Source of the DNA: an uncultured Gemmatimonadales bacterium
Lineage (GTDB): Bacteria > Gemmatimonadota > Gemmatimonadetes > Gemmatimonadales > GWC2-71-9
Length of the DNA: 64,000 nucleotides
Direction of reading: 5' to 3'
Assembly (NCBI GenBank): GCA_963842945.1
Contig: CAWJIM010000003.1
Coordinates: forward strand, 129,103-193,102
Positions 50,063-59,635 of the stretch are shown here, piece by piece; the first letter of the stretch is position 1, and each line of letters opens with the position of its first letter. Below the pieces are notes generated by a model that was given only the letters and a program-made list of their open reading frames with translations, did not search any database and was not told where the DNA came from. The translations under genes and the position numbers were made by a program.

Positions 50063-51031
50063 CTAGAACACCCGGCCGAGCCGGAGGATCAGATCCACCC
50101 CGGGGCCGGCCGGCTCGAGATCCTCGGTCAAACCCAGCCTCCACTCCCCTCCCTGACCCGTCTTCAGGATCCAGCCGAAGTCCAGCGACAGCTCCTTGCG
50201 GTCCAGGGCAGGAAGGGTGGTTTCGTGATAATACGGTGAGTGATAGAACACGTTCGCGTAGACCGATTGATGCCCCCAGATCCGCAAGCGCAGTCCCGAT
50301 GTCAGCGACAGAAACAGCTCCCGCTGTCCCTCGGTCATGTCGCCATGCGCCGGAGTAAACCCCAAACCCAGACTCCCTTCGTAGCTGAGCTGGGGCTTGA
50401 GCGTGGCTCGCATTGTATTGATGACCGAGAGAGATGGAACGCCGCGACCGTATCCACTGGGCCCGGTTGAGGTGGGCAGCGTCAGCGAGAAAACGCTTTG
50501 CACCTGGGTCCCCGCCCGAATTCCCAGACCGAACCTCACGTCGTCAATGAACAGGTTCTGTCGCGACCGACTGACCGATCTCCCGTCGGGCAGGGTGACA
50601 GTATAGAGAAACTGATCCTTTGGGCGACGTTCCCGCTCATCCATCCGGATGCCCAGCGTGCCGTGATACCAATCGAGGAAGCCGTCGAGAAATCCGGCGT
50701 AGGCGCCACCAACTGCCCCGTTCAGGGTGACAAAAGTGCGTGGGCCGAGGTCGCGGCTCAGGCCCAGACTCAACCGGAGCAGCTCGGAGTCGAGCACGTA
50801 ATCGGCCTGGCTCAGCCGATTGTACTCGATGACGCTGGCGTAGTCGAAGGAGAAAGCGGTGGTCCACCGGCCGGGCGCGGGATCCCGGTAGGGCTGGAAA
50901 TAGAGCCCGCTGCGCGAGCTCGCCATGGGGTTCAGCGGCGAGAATTCAGGCAGTCCCTGGGCCTGTGCGACAGGCGCAGCAGCAATCAGGAACCCGAGCA
51001 ACAAGAGCGGGAAACCGGTGCGAACAGTCAC
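50063..51031 (-). CDS. DUF3187-like outer membrane protein
   Basis: Signal peptide, GFLDGFLDWYH, LPT..G, TED and C-terminal Phe. Confidence 0.65.
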   Translation of the reverse strand: MTVRTGFPLLLLGFLIAAAPVAQAQGLPEFSPLNPMASSRSGLYFQPYRDPAPGRWTTAFSFDYASVIEYNRLSQADYVLDSELLRLSLGLSRDLGPRTFVTLNGAVGGAYAGFLDGFLDWYHGTLGIRMDERERRPKDQFLYTVTLPDGRSVSRSRQNLFIDDVRFGLGIRAGTQVQSVFSLTLPTSTGPSGYGRGVPSLSVINTMRATLKPQLSYEGSLGLGFTPAHGDMTEGQRELFLSLTSGLRLRIWGHQSVYANVFYHSPYYHETTLPALDRKELSLDFGWILKTGQGGEWRLGLTEDLEPAGPGVDLILRLGRVF

Positions 51032-51050
51032 ACCGGAAGATAACTCGCAC

Positions 51051-51080
51051 TTGACAACGCTCCTCGCCGACCCGTAGGTT
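51051..51080 (+). promoter_or_regulatory. Sigma-70 promoter of the aromatic leader
   Basis: TTGACA, 18-bp spacer, TAGGTT, then 6 bp to the leader ATG. Confidence 0.6.
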
Positions 51081-51086
51081 CGACCC

Positions 51087-51170
51087 ATGCTCTCCACTCA
51101 GAACTATTGGTTCTTCTTTACCGCAGCCGGCGAGGCGCGATGCCCGTCGGGTTCTGGTGGAGCGCCCTAG
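51087..51170 (+). CDS. Attenuator leader peptide MLSTQNYWFFFTAAGEARCPSGSGGAP
   Basis: Tandem Tyr-Trp-Phe-Phe-Phe codons upstream of a terminator and an aromatic biosynthesis gene. Confidence 0.82.
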   Translation: MLSTQNYWFFFTAAGEARCPSGSGGAP

Positions 51171-51196
51171 CGCATCACCGCCCGATCCATCGACGC

Positions 51197-51220
51197 CCCG
51201 CCCATGTTGGCGGGTTTTTT
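51197..51220 (+). terminator. Attenuator terminator
   Basis: CCCGCC-CATGTT-GGCGGG followed by TTTTTT. Confidence 0.85.
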
Positions 51221-51239
51221 ATTCTCTTCTGGAGCGACC

Positions 51240-53000
51240 ATGCGCGTTGCCATACAGGGCTCTCACGGATCTTTCAGCGAAGCCGCCGCCCGCCGGCGGT
51301 GGCCCGACCTCGAGGCCCTGCCCTGCCGTGAGGTCAAAGATGTGGTGGCCGCGGTGCGGGCCGGCAAGGCGGACGCCGGCTGCCTCCCGATCGAGAACTC
51401 CCTTATAGGATCGGTCACTACCACCTACGACTTGCTGCACGAGGCATTCGGCGACGGAACGCTCCAGCTTACCCATGAGGTCCTCTATCCGGTACACCAC
51501 ACGCTGATGGCGATACCCGGGGCGACGGTATCCGGAATCCGCCGGGTGCTCTCCCATCCGGTGGCCCTGGGACAGTGTCGGATCTGGCTGAGCGAGCACC
51601 TGCCCGACGCCGAGCTGGTGAGCGCGTGGGACACGGCGGGAAGCGCGGAGATCGTGGCCCAGGAACAGGACCGCACCTGGGCGGCCATTGCGGCCCGGCC
51701 GGCGGCCGATGCCCACGGTCTCGCCGCCCTGGCCGAGCGGATCGAGGACGACCCCACCAACCAGACGCGGTTCCTCACCTTCACTCGAGCCGAATCAGCA
51801 GAAACGTTACGCTCAGATGGGACGAGCCGCTATAAGACGTCCCTCATTGTGCTGGTGGACCACAGGCCCGGGATGCTCGCGCTCACGCTGCAGGCCTTCG
51901 GCGCGCGCGGCGTGAACCTGATGGCGCTGCAGTCCCGGCCCGAGCGCTCGGCGCCGTGGACCTACCGGTTCTACGTAGACGTGGAAGGATCGGCGCAGGA
52001 CCCGCGTGTCGCCGAGGCGCTGGAGGAGATCGAGGCGCTGGCCGCCAAGCTCATCATCCTGGGCAGCTACGAGGCGTGGACCGAGGGATCGCGCCTGTCG
52101 GCTCCGGTGCCGCTGCCAGCGCATCGAGTGGAGAAACCGGCCGTTCCGCTGGTGGACCGGCGGAGGAACCCGGAAGGCACGGTGGTGGCGGTGCGCGACG
52201 TGCGCTTCGGCGAGGGCTCGCCGGTGCTCATCGCGGGACCCTGCTCGGTTGAGAGCGAAGCGATGATCCTGGAGACGGCCCAGGCGGTGGCGCAGGCCGG
52301 GGGAGACATGCTCAGGGGCGGTGCATACAAGCCGAGAACGTCGCCCTATGACTTCCAGGGCCTGGGCGTGAAGGGACTGCGCTATCTGGCGGACGCGCGG
52401 GCGCGGACCGGGCTGCCGGTGGTCACGGAGGTGCTCAGCTGGGAGGAAGTACCGGTTGTCGCCCACTTTGCCGACATGCTCCAGATCGGCGCCCGCAACA
52501 TGCAGAACTTCAGCCTGCTCCGGGCGGCGAGCCGGAGCGGCAAGCCGATCCTGCTCAAGCGCGGAGCGGGCGCGACCATCGAGGAGTGGCTGATGGCGGC
52601 GGAGTACGTGCTGGCCGAAGGCAATCCCCACGTGGTGCTCTGCGAGCGCGGGATTCGGACCTTCGAGCGCGCCACGCGACATACGCTGGACCTCAATGCG
52701 GTCGCCCTGGTGCGGGAGAAAACCCATCTGCCGGTGATCGTCGATCCGAGCCACGCGGCTGGGGTTCGGTCGCTGGTGACGCCGCTCAGCATGGGAGCGT
52801 TAGCGGCGGGAGCCTGTGGGCTGATCGTCGAAGTGCATCCCGATCCGGCGCACGCCATGAGCGACGGGGCGCAGAGTCTGGACTTCCCCATGTTCGAGGA
52901 GCTGGCGCGGATGGTACGGGAGGAACGTGGGGAACGTGGGGAACGTGGGGAACGACGGCGTCGGTCGAGCTGGGAGCTAGGAGCTAGGAGCTGGGGATGA
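51240..53000 (+). CDS. pheA: Prephenate dehydratase-ACT fused to type I-beta DAHP synthase
   Basis: QG..GSFSE, PIENS..G, SHP.AL.QC, N.TRF and ACT domain; then IAGPCSVE, RGGAYKPRTSPY.FQG and IGARNMQNF. Confidence 0.9.
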   Translation: MRVAIQGSHGSFSEAAARRRWPDLEALPCREVKDVVAAVRAGKADAGCLPIENSLIGSVTTTYDLLHEAFGDGTLQLTHEVLYPVHHTLMAIPGATVSGIRRVLSHPVALGQCRIWLSEHLPDAELVSAWDTAGSAEIVAQEQDRTWAAIAARPAADAHGLAALAERIEDDPTNQTRFLTFTRAESAETLRSDGTSRYKTSLIVLVDHRPGMLALTLQAFGARGVNLMALQSRPERSAPWTYRFYVDVEGSAQDPRVAEALEEIEALAAKLIILGSYEAWTEGSRLSAPVPLPAHRVEKPAVPLVDRRRNPEGTVVAVRDVRFGEGSPVLIAGPCSVESEAMILETAQAVAQAGGDMLRGGAYKPRTSPYDFQGLGVKGLRYLADARARTGLPVVTEVLSWEEVPVVAHFADMLQIGARNMQNFSLLRAASRSGKPILLKRGAGATIEEWLMAAEYVLAEGNPHVVLCERGIRTFERATRHTLDLNAVALVREKTHLPVIVDPSHAAGVRSLVTPLSMGALAAGACGLIVEVHPDPAHAMSDGAQSLDFPMFEELARMVREERGERGERGERRRRSSWELGARSWG

Positions 53001-53038
53001 CGACTGGGGGCTTGCCGACTGGCGACTGCCCAAAATCA

Positions 53039-53105
53039 TAAGCGGTACGCAGTCAGCGAAATGATGCGGCGTTACCGCCGCTCACCGCTCACTGCGTACC
53101 GCTTA
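53039..53105. repeat. 15-bp perfect inverted repeat between convergent genes (possible bidirectional terminator)
   Basis: TAAGCGGTACGCAGT (53039-53) pairs with ACTGCGTACCGCTTA (53091-105). Confidence 0.7.
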
Positions 53106-53131
53106 CGTTCTGGTAACTGCAGACAGCCGCG

Positions 53132-53401
53132 TTAGGGAACCGTCGTGCTCCCCCGGCGTCCGGTGAACAGACGATAGAGGAACAGCAGAATCAGGGCGCC
53201 GACGATCGACGCGATGATTCCCGGGCCTTCACCCGGATCGTTGTACCAGCCGAGGGCCCGCCCCAAGAACCCAGCCAGCAGGGCGCCGGCCACGCCGATC
53301 AGCATGGTGACGATGATTCCGCCCGGATCGCGCCCGGGCATGACAAGCTTGGCGATTGCCCCAACAACCAATCCGATGATCAAGGTCCACAGGAATCCCA
53401 T
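53132..53401 (-). CDS. GlsB/YeaQ/YmgE family stress-response membrane protein
   Basis: IIGLVVGAIAKLVMPGRDPGG and SIVGALILL motifs. Confidence 0.92.
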   Translation of the reverse strand: MGFLWTLIIGLVVGAIAKLVMPGRDPGGIIVTMLIGVAGALLAGFLGRALGWYNDPGEGPGIIASIVGALILLFLYRLFTGRRGSTTVP

Positions 53402-53492
53402 AAAGGCTGCCTCTCAAGGGGTGGACTGAAGATATAGGATTGGAAGGTTACGGCATCTGTGAGCGGGCGCACAACCTATCCTAACGGGCTAA

Positions 53493-54383
53493 TTACCCGT
53501 CGGACTTGGCCCCTACCTGCCCGCTCACGGTCTCCCGTTTGCCGTTGCGCAGGATGTCCAGCTTGAAGGTCTCGCCTTGCTCGTAGCTCCGGAGAATTCG
53601 GAGCAGGTGGGAGGGTCCGGCCGGCTTTCGGCCGTCTACCGCCAGGACCACGTCGCCGCCCTTCAGGTTCAGGCCGGAGTCCTTGGGGACACTGATGACC
53701 AGGATCCCTTCGGTGGCGCCGAAGTAGCGGCCCAGATCGGGGTTGAGCGGAGCCAACTCCAGGTCGGCCAGCAGAGAGCCGGCCAGGAAGACCGAGTTGT
53801 TCACCCGCTCCTCCAGGTCGTTGTCCAGCGGCATGACCGTTCGGGTGGGGCCGTCGGGCCGGAAGCGGAAGGCGAACGACCGGCCGCCCGGCTCCCCACC
53901 CCGGAACAGCACATCCGGCTCGTCGGCCGTGATCAGCGAAACGGTCTTCCGATCCTTGCCCCGGCGGAACTCGATGGGAACGGTGTCGTTGGGCTCGAGC
54001 CTGGCAGCCAGCTCGATCAGCCGGAGGCCGGGTAGGGACTCCTTCGCGCCACCCTCGGCCTGCCCGCCGGCCAGGACGGACTTCCCGTCCACCTTGGTGA
54101 TGATGTCGCCCGAGAGGATGCCGGCCTTGGCGGCCGGACCGTTGGGAGTGACGGCCTCGACGTACGCTCCAACGGAGTCGGTCTGGTGGGCGCGCAGATT
54201 GATCTTCATACCGAGCCGAGCCCTGCGATTCATCACCACCTGCAGCATCCGCTCCGTACCCCGGTCGAGCCGAAGCTCCAGCGGCTCGGGGGCGTTCCCC
54301 CGGACCGGCTCCTGAGTCAGTCCGACGGTGGCGGACGGGCCGGCCAGTGCGATGCCGGTGACCAGAACGATGAACCGCGACAT
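53493..54383 (-). CDS. Secreted two-PDZ-domain protein
   Basis: Signal peptide; V.PNGPAAKAGI..GDIITKVDG and LK.GDVVLAVDG; no protease triad recognised. Confidence 0.82.
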   Translation of the reverse strand: MSRFIVLVTGIALAGPSATVGLTQEPVRGNAPEPLELRLDRGTERMLQVVMNRRARLGMKINLRAHQTDSVGAYVEAVTPNGPAAKAGILSGDIITKVDGKSVLAGGQAEGGAKESLPGLRLIELAARLEPNDTVPIEFRRGKDRKTVSLITADEPDVLFRGGEPGGRSFAFRFRPDGPTRTVMPLDNDLEERVNNSVFLAGSLLADLELAPLNPDLGRYFGATEGILVISVPKDSGLNLKGGDVVLAVDGRKPAGPSHLLRILRSYEQGETFKLDILRNGKRETVSGQVGAKSDG

Positions 54384-54402
54384 AGACTTGCTCCTCCGAG
54401 CC

Positions 54403-55014
54403 CTAGAGCCCTGCATTGCTGGCGCGGGTCACGTGCACGTCCACCAGAGCGTCCAGCAACCCGACCCGCTCGCGCCAGAGCCTGAGCAACTGGTCTTCCG
54501 GCGCCGGCGCCTCCTGAGGCAACAGCTCGGTGGCCTCCAACTCACGATCCACACGCGCGATACGATCTTCCAGCTCCTGTGCCATCCGGGCGGTCCGGCC
54601 GTCCAGCATCCGGCCCTCCGGGTTGTACTGGCTGAGCGCACTCTCCAGCGCCTGGGACCGCTCCACGGTCTGGGACAGCTGTTCGGCCGTGGCGTGGACC
54701 GGTTGGGTCATCCGGCCCAGACTGATCACCGCCGCCAGCGAAGCCGCCGCAGCCAACCCGGTGAAGCCCGCCATGCGGGCGGTCCTCCGGCGCCGCTCGG
54801 CTCGGAACCGGGCGTTGGTTTCCGGCCACCGGTCCCGCCCGGTACGCAGCGGCGGGAGGGCCTTGAGCCGGGCCACCCGCTGGTGCAGCCGGTCCAGCTC
54901 CCCCTGACAGACTGGGCATTGGTTCAGATGCTCCCGCGCGGTGGCGGTGCCGGGCTCGACCCCGGGCTCCCGCAGGCTGAGGAGCGCCTCCATGGACAGA
55001 TGGGTCTGGCTCAT
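54403..55014 (-). CDS. Putative zinc-finger anti-sigma factor
   Basis: HLNQCPVC (HxxxCxxC), single TM helix, downstream of an ECF sigma factor. Confidence 0.8.
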   Translation of the reverse strand: MSQTHLSMEALLSLREPGVEPGTATAREHLNQCPVCQGELDRLHQRVARLKALPPLRTGRDRWPETNARFRAERRRRTARMAGFTGLAAAASLAAVISLGRMTQPVHATAEQLSQTVERSQALESALSQYNPEGRMLDGRTARMAQELEDRIARVDRELEATELLPQEAPAPEDQLLRLWRERVGLLDALVDVHVTRASNAGL

Positions 55015-55565
55015 GCCGCTCCCTCCTCGCCCAGCCAGGTCCGAAGCCGGGAGTGGGCCCGAGCCAGCTGAGACTTGGAGAAGCTGGGGGTCTTGCCCAT
55101 CATCGAGGCGATCTCCTCGTGGGTGTACCCCTCGACATCGTGGAGCCAGACCACGGCCCGGCTGGTCTCCGAGAGTCGCTCGAGCGCTGCTTCCAGATCC
55201 ATTCTCAGGTGGCTGTCTTCCGTGCGCTTGCCCATCACTTCATCGTGCAGCTCCTCGGTATCGCGATACTTGTTCCGCCGGATCCGCATCAGCGCCTTGC
55301 TTGCCGCGATGGTGCGAACCCAGCCCCAGAGGCTCCCCTCTTCCCGGTAGCGGCCGATGCTCCGGCAGACCTCGAAGAAGGTCTCCTGGAGGACGTCTTC
55401 GGCGTCTTCGGTGGTGCGACAGATTCGACGCGCCAGGTTGTAGACCGGCACCTCGAATGCCCGGTACAGCGACGCCAGCGCTTCCGGATCTCCGGTTCGA
55501 GCGCGAGCGACGACGGTATCGGCATTCGCGAGCAGCGACGAATCCATCAATAGGGTCCCTGTCAT
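55011..55565 (-). CDS. ECF RNA polymerase sigma factor
   Basis: DAEDVLQETF, LHDVEGYTHEEIA and SKSQLARA motifs. Confidence 0.92.
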   Translation of the reverse strand: MTGTLLMDSSLLANADTVVARARTGDPEALASLYRAFEVPVYNLARRICRTTEDAEDVLQETFFEVCRSIGRYREEGSLWGWVRTIAASKALMRIRRNKYRDTEELHDEVMGKRTEDSHLRMDLEAALERLSETSRAVVWLHDVEGYTHEEIASMMGKTPSFSKSQLARAHSRLRTWLGEEGAA

Positions 55566-55975
55566 AGCGTTTTAGGAATGCTGGGAGGGCCTAAACCGTT
55601 GCAGCACCCCCGTTCCAACCAATGAACAGTAATCCGGCCGACAAGTGAACGGTAAACTGGGTTCGGGAACGGGTGGACACCGACTGCCGGGTGGAGACCG
55701 ACTGGCGGGACCGCGGATTGGGTGCCACCGACTGGCGGAGACGCCTCCGGGCGCTGCAGCACTCGACGGTCGGAGCCCGGAGCGGCACAGCTGCAGCGAT
55801 CTCGGCTCGGGAGCGCCAAGCCGCCCCGGTCTCCTCCCCTCGTGCTGACGCACCCTCCGGCGCTCCCCGCCAGTCGGTGGCAAGGTTCCACGAGTCGATG
55901 TCGGAGTTTTGCTTTACAGTTGTATTCTGCACTGGGGGGCTCACCGCTCACCGCTCACGCTGTTATCATGCAGCG

Positions 55976-57107
55976 ATGACCGCCACCGCTCCCCCGTCTC
56001 CCCCGCACGAATGGCTGCACCACCTGGAAGACGAGGCCGACGCCGCCTTCCTCTACCGGGAGCTGGCCCGCGCCGAGCGGGACCCGGGACGGGCCGACAT
56101 CTACCGCAAGCTGGCCGGAGTGGAAGACCGCCACGTGGAGATGTGGCGCACGCTCCTGGCGGACAACGGCCATTCAGTCGAGGTGCCCTCGCCCTCCCGG
56201 GGCGCCCGGCTGCGCGCGTGGCTGGCCCGGAGGCTGGGAACCGGGGTATTGCTCCCCATGCTGCTGGAGGAAGAGGGGCGCGAGGTCAAAGGGTATCTCA
56301 ACCTGTACCGCAGCGCACCGGACGGCACCGTCGCGCCAACGGCTCTCCGGCTGGCCCAGGAGTCAGCGGAGCACGCGGAGACGCTTGGCCGGGATCAGCG
56401 GAGGGTCGGGCGAGCCGTGGCACAAGACCGGGGCCGGCGGCCTGCTCCGGAACCTGGTGTACGGCTTCAATGACGGACTGACCGCCAACTTCGGGCTCGT
56501 CGCCGGGATGATCGGTGCGCAGGGGAATCTCCAGAGCGCCGAGCATGCGGTGCTGGTGGCGGGACTGGCGGGGATGGTGGCCGACGCATTGAGCATGGGG
56601 TCGTCGGGATATCTCGCGGCCAAGAGCGAGCGCGAGGTGTTCGAGCACGAGATCGCGATGGAGAAGGAGGAGATCCGGCTGATGCCCGACCTGGAACGGG
56701 AGGAGCTGAGCCTCCTGTATCAGGCAAAGGGGATCCCAGCCGGGCAGGCGGAGAACCTGGCGAGTCAGGTGATGCGCGATCCGGACAAGGCGCTGGAGGA
56801 GAAGGTACGGGAGGAGCTCAAGATCGGAGAGGCAACCAGTACGCCGATGCGCGAGGCCTGGATCACCGGCATCGCGACCGCGTTCGGCGCGTTCATCCCG
56901 GTGGCGCCGTTCCTGTTCGACACCGGACCGGGCGCGATCTGGACCGCCTTTGCCCTGGCGATGCTGTCGCACTTCGGGGTGGGGGCGGCGCGGAGCTTCT
57001 TCACCGGACGGGGAGTGTTCCGGAGCGGGCTCGACATGTTCGTGGTGGGGCTCGGTGTCGCGGTGGTCGGGTACTTCGTGGGCGAGTGGATAGTGAAGGT
57101 GCTGTGA
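55976..57107 (+). CDS. Rubrerythrin-like domain plus VIT1/CCC1 transporter; apparent +1 frameshift near 56385
   Basis: ExxH motifs in the N-terminal frame; RNLVYGFNDGL and ALSMG..GYL..KSE in the next frame. Confidence 0.85.
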
Positions 57108-57183
57108 TGAGTCGGGAGTCAGGTGTCGGGAGTCGCGAGCGAATAGTTGTCACCCTGAGTGAAACGAAGGCGCCAGAACTACG

Positions 57184-58189
57184 GTGACAGGCTCTTCGCT
57201 CAGGGTGAGCGTACTCCCGACTCCCGACTCGCGACCCCGCTGGGGTCTCTGCTGCCAATTCCTCGACGCGCCCATCAGCTTCCGCACTGCGACGCATGGA
57301 TACGTCGCGCGTCTCGAGTCCCCAGTCGCGAGGGGATACCTCGCTGAGATTGCGGCGCACAATGCCGATGCGCTGGCCGCCGCCATCGAGCGCTGCCATC
57401 AGCTCGGCATCGGCGCCTTCCGGGTCAATAGTCAGGTCCTTCCCCTCGCCACCCATCCGATAACCGGCTACACCCTGGAGCGGCTGGACCCATCGGGAGC
57501 GATCGCTGGGGCATTCCAGTGGGCCGGCGCGCTGGCCGAGGCCTATGACATCCGTCTGAGCCTGCACCCGGACCAGTTCGTGGTGCTCAATTCGGAGCGC
57601 GAAGCAGTCGCACGATCTGCGGTGCAGGAGCTGGAGCACCAGGCGATGATCGCCGAGCTGATCGGCGCCGACGTGATCTGTCTGCACGGCGGAGGAGCCG
57701 CGGGTGGACTGGGGCAGGCCGCCGAGCGTCTGGAGCGCGGACTCGAGCTCCTGAGCCCGCGGGTGCGGGAGAGACTGGCGTTGGAGAACGACGACCGCTG
57801 CTTCACCCCGCGGAGTCTGTTGCCGCTGTGCCGGCGCTCGGGTGTGCCGCTGGTGTACGACGTGCACCACCACCGCTGCCTTCCCGATCAGTTATCAGTC
57901 GAGGATGCGACCGAGCTGGCGGCGGAGACGTGGCAAGGACGAGAGCAGTACTGTCACCTCTCGTCACCCAAGGGAGGATGGGAGGGGCCGAACAATCGGG
58001 CTGCACGCCGACTACATAGACCCGAACGACTTCCCCGACGTGTGGCAGGGCCGCTCAATGACGGTGGACCTGGAGGCCAAGGCGAAGGAACGGGCCGTCG
58101 TAGCGATGATGCAGTCACTGTCCGGTGCGGCGCTCGCGGTGACTGCACCAAAGCGCATATTGACGGGTTTGATGCCGCACCCCATATAG
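57184..58189 (+). CDS. uvsE: UV damage endonuclease; apparent +1 frameshift near 58000
   Basis: LSLHPDQFVVLNS, LENDD and YDVHHH motifs; HADYI and EAKAKE.A in the +1 frame. Confidence 0.88.
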
Positions 58190-58204
58190 CCTCCGTCACT
58201 CCAA

Positions 58205-58335
58205 AGACAAAGGCACAACCGGCGAAAGCCGGCGCCGCAAAGCTACGGGTCCTCGCCTCCTCCGCGCCGCTGTCGTGGCTGCGTCGCGAAGAACCCAAGA
58301 CCGCCGAGCCGCCCACCAGGCGACCGGCGCTTTTT
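58205..58335 (+). promoter_or_regulatory. c-di-GMP-I (GEMM) riboswitch-like element with overlapping terminator
   Basis: GGCACAACCGGC-GAAA-GCCGG-CGCCGCAAAGCTACGGGTC...GACCGCCGAGCCGCC, followed by a hairpin and TTTTT. Confidence 0.72.
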
Positions 58336-58396
58336 ATTGTGCGTTAGTGCGATCGCCTGGTCTCCCGCCACAGCTCCGGATGAAAGAAGACCACCC

Positions 58397-59605
58397 ATGA
58401 CTGTCGCAACCACAAGAGCACCAGCGTCCGCACCCGCGATCCGACCATTCACGATCGAAACACCCGAGGCCGATCTCGAAGATCTGCGCGCCCGGATCAA
58501 GGCGACGCGCTGGCCCGAGAAGGAAACCGTCGACGATCGGTCACAAGGGGTGCAGCTCCACACCATGCAGAAGCTCGCCCGCTATTGGTTGAACGACTAC
58601 GACTGGCGTAAGTGTGAGACGAGGCTCAACGCCTTACCGCAATTCATCACCAGGATCGATGGACTGGACATCCATTTCATTCACGTGCGCTCGAAACATG
58701 AGGACGCGCTGCCGCTGATCGTCAGCCACGGGTGGCCCGGTTCAGTCGTCGAGCAGCTGAAGATCATCGATCCGCTCACGAATCCCACGGCACACGGCAA
58801 GAGTGCTTCGGACGCGTTCCATCTAGTGATCCCGTCGATGCCGGGCTACGGGTTCTCCGGCAAGCCGACTACGACCGGCTGGGGCCCCGAGCGGATCGCC
58901 CGTGCCTGGGCCGAGCTGATGAAGCGCCTGGGATATGACCGTTACGTCGCCTCGGGCGGCGATTGGGGGGGGCAAATCGTTGATCTGATGGGTGCACAAG
59001 CGCCTCCGGGGTTGATCGGCATTCACACCAACTTTCCCGGTGCGGTGCGAGACGACGTGACAGCGGCGGTCGTGTCAGGCAGCCCGCCGCCCGCCGGCCT
59101 CGATCAGGAGGAAACCCGGCTCTACGAGAAGCTGAAGGAGTTCTGGGCGACAGACGTGGCCTATGCACTCGAGATGGGGACCCACCCACAGACGCTGTAC
59201 GGAATTGCGGATTCCCCCATTGGCCTGGCCGCCTGGATGCTGGACCACGACGCAACGAGTTTGGCGCTGATCGCGCGGGTCTTCGACGGTCAGGTTGAGG
59301 GCCTCACCCGAGACGACGTCCTCGACAACATCACGCACTATTGGTTGACGAACACGGGAATTTCTTCGGGTCGTCTCTATGCGGAAAACAAGTTGTCCTT
59401 CTTCGGCGCCAAGGGCGTGTCCCTCCCGGTGGCCGTGAGCGTCTTCCCTGACGAGCTCTATCAAGTGCCGCGGAGCTGGGCAGCGAAGGCGTATCCCAAC
59501 CTCATCCACTACAACAAGCTTGACAAAGGCGGCCACTTTGCGGCGTGGGAGCAGCCGGAGCTCTTTTGCGAAGAGGTTCGCACCGGGTTGCGGTCACTGC
59601 GGTAG
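58397..59605 (+). CDS. Epoxide hydrolase (EHN domain plus alpha/beta hydrolase)
   Basis: IRPF.I, HFIH, HGWPGS, GGDWG and GGHFAAWEQP motifs. Confidence 0.93.
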   Translation: MTVATTRAPASAPAIRPFTIETPEADLEDLRARIKATRWPEKETVDDRSQGVQLHTMQKLARYWLNDYDWRKCETRLNALPQFITRIDGLDIHFIHVRSKHEDALPLIVSHGWPGSVVEQLKIIDPLTNPTAHGKSASDAFHLVIPSMPGYGFSGKPTTTGWGPERIARAWAELMKRLGYDRYVASGGDWGGQIVDLMGAQAPPGLIGIHTNFPGAVRDDVTAAVVSGSPPPAGLDQEETRLYEKLKEFWATDVAYALEMGTHPQTLYGIADSPIGLAAWMLDHDATSLALIARVFDGQVEGLTRDDVLDNITHYWLTNTGISSGRLYAENKLSFFGAKGVSLPVAVSVFPDELYQVPRSWAAKAYPNLIHYNKLDKGGHFAAWEQPELFCEEVRTGLRSLR

Positions 59606-59635
59606 ATGGGCGTCTGAGGCGGTGACGATCCAGCG

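Noticed and set aside
51140..51331. Alternative leader frame MPVGFWWSA...
   Set aside because: It runs through the terminator without a stop, and stalling there would block the antiterminator; the YWFFF frame fits better
55673..55975. CRISPR array, or N-terminal extension of the VIT1 protein
   Set aside because: The repeats are ~12 bp with irregular short spacers and no cas genes are present; the protein plausibly starts at 55976
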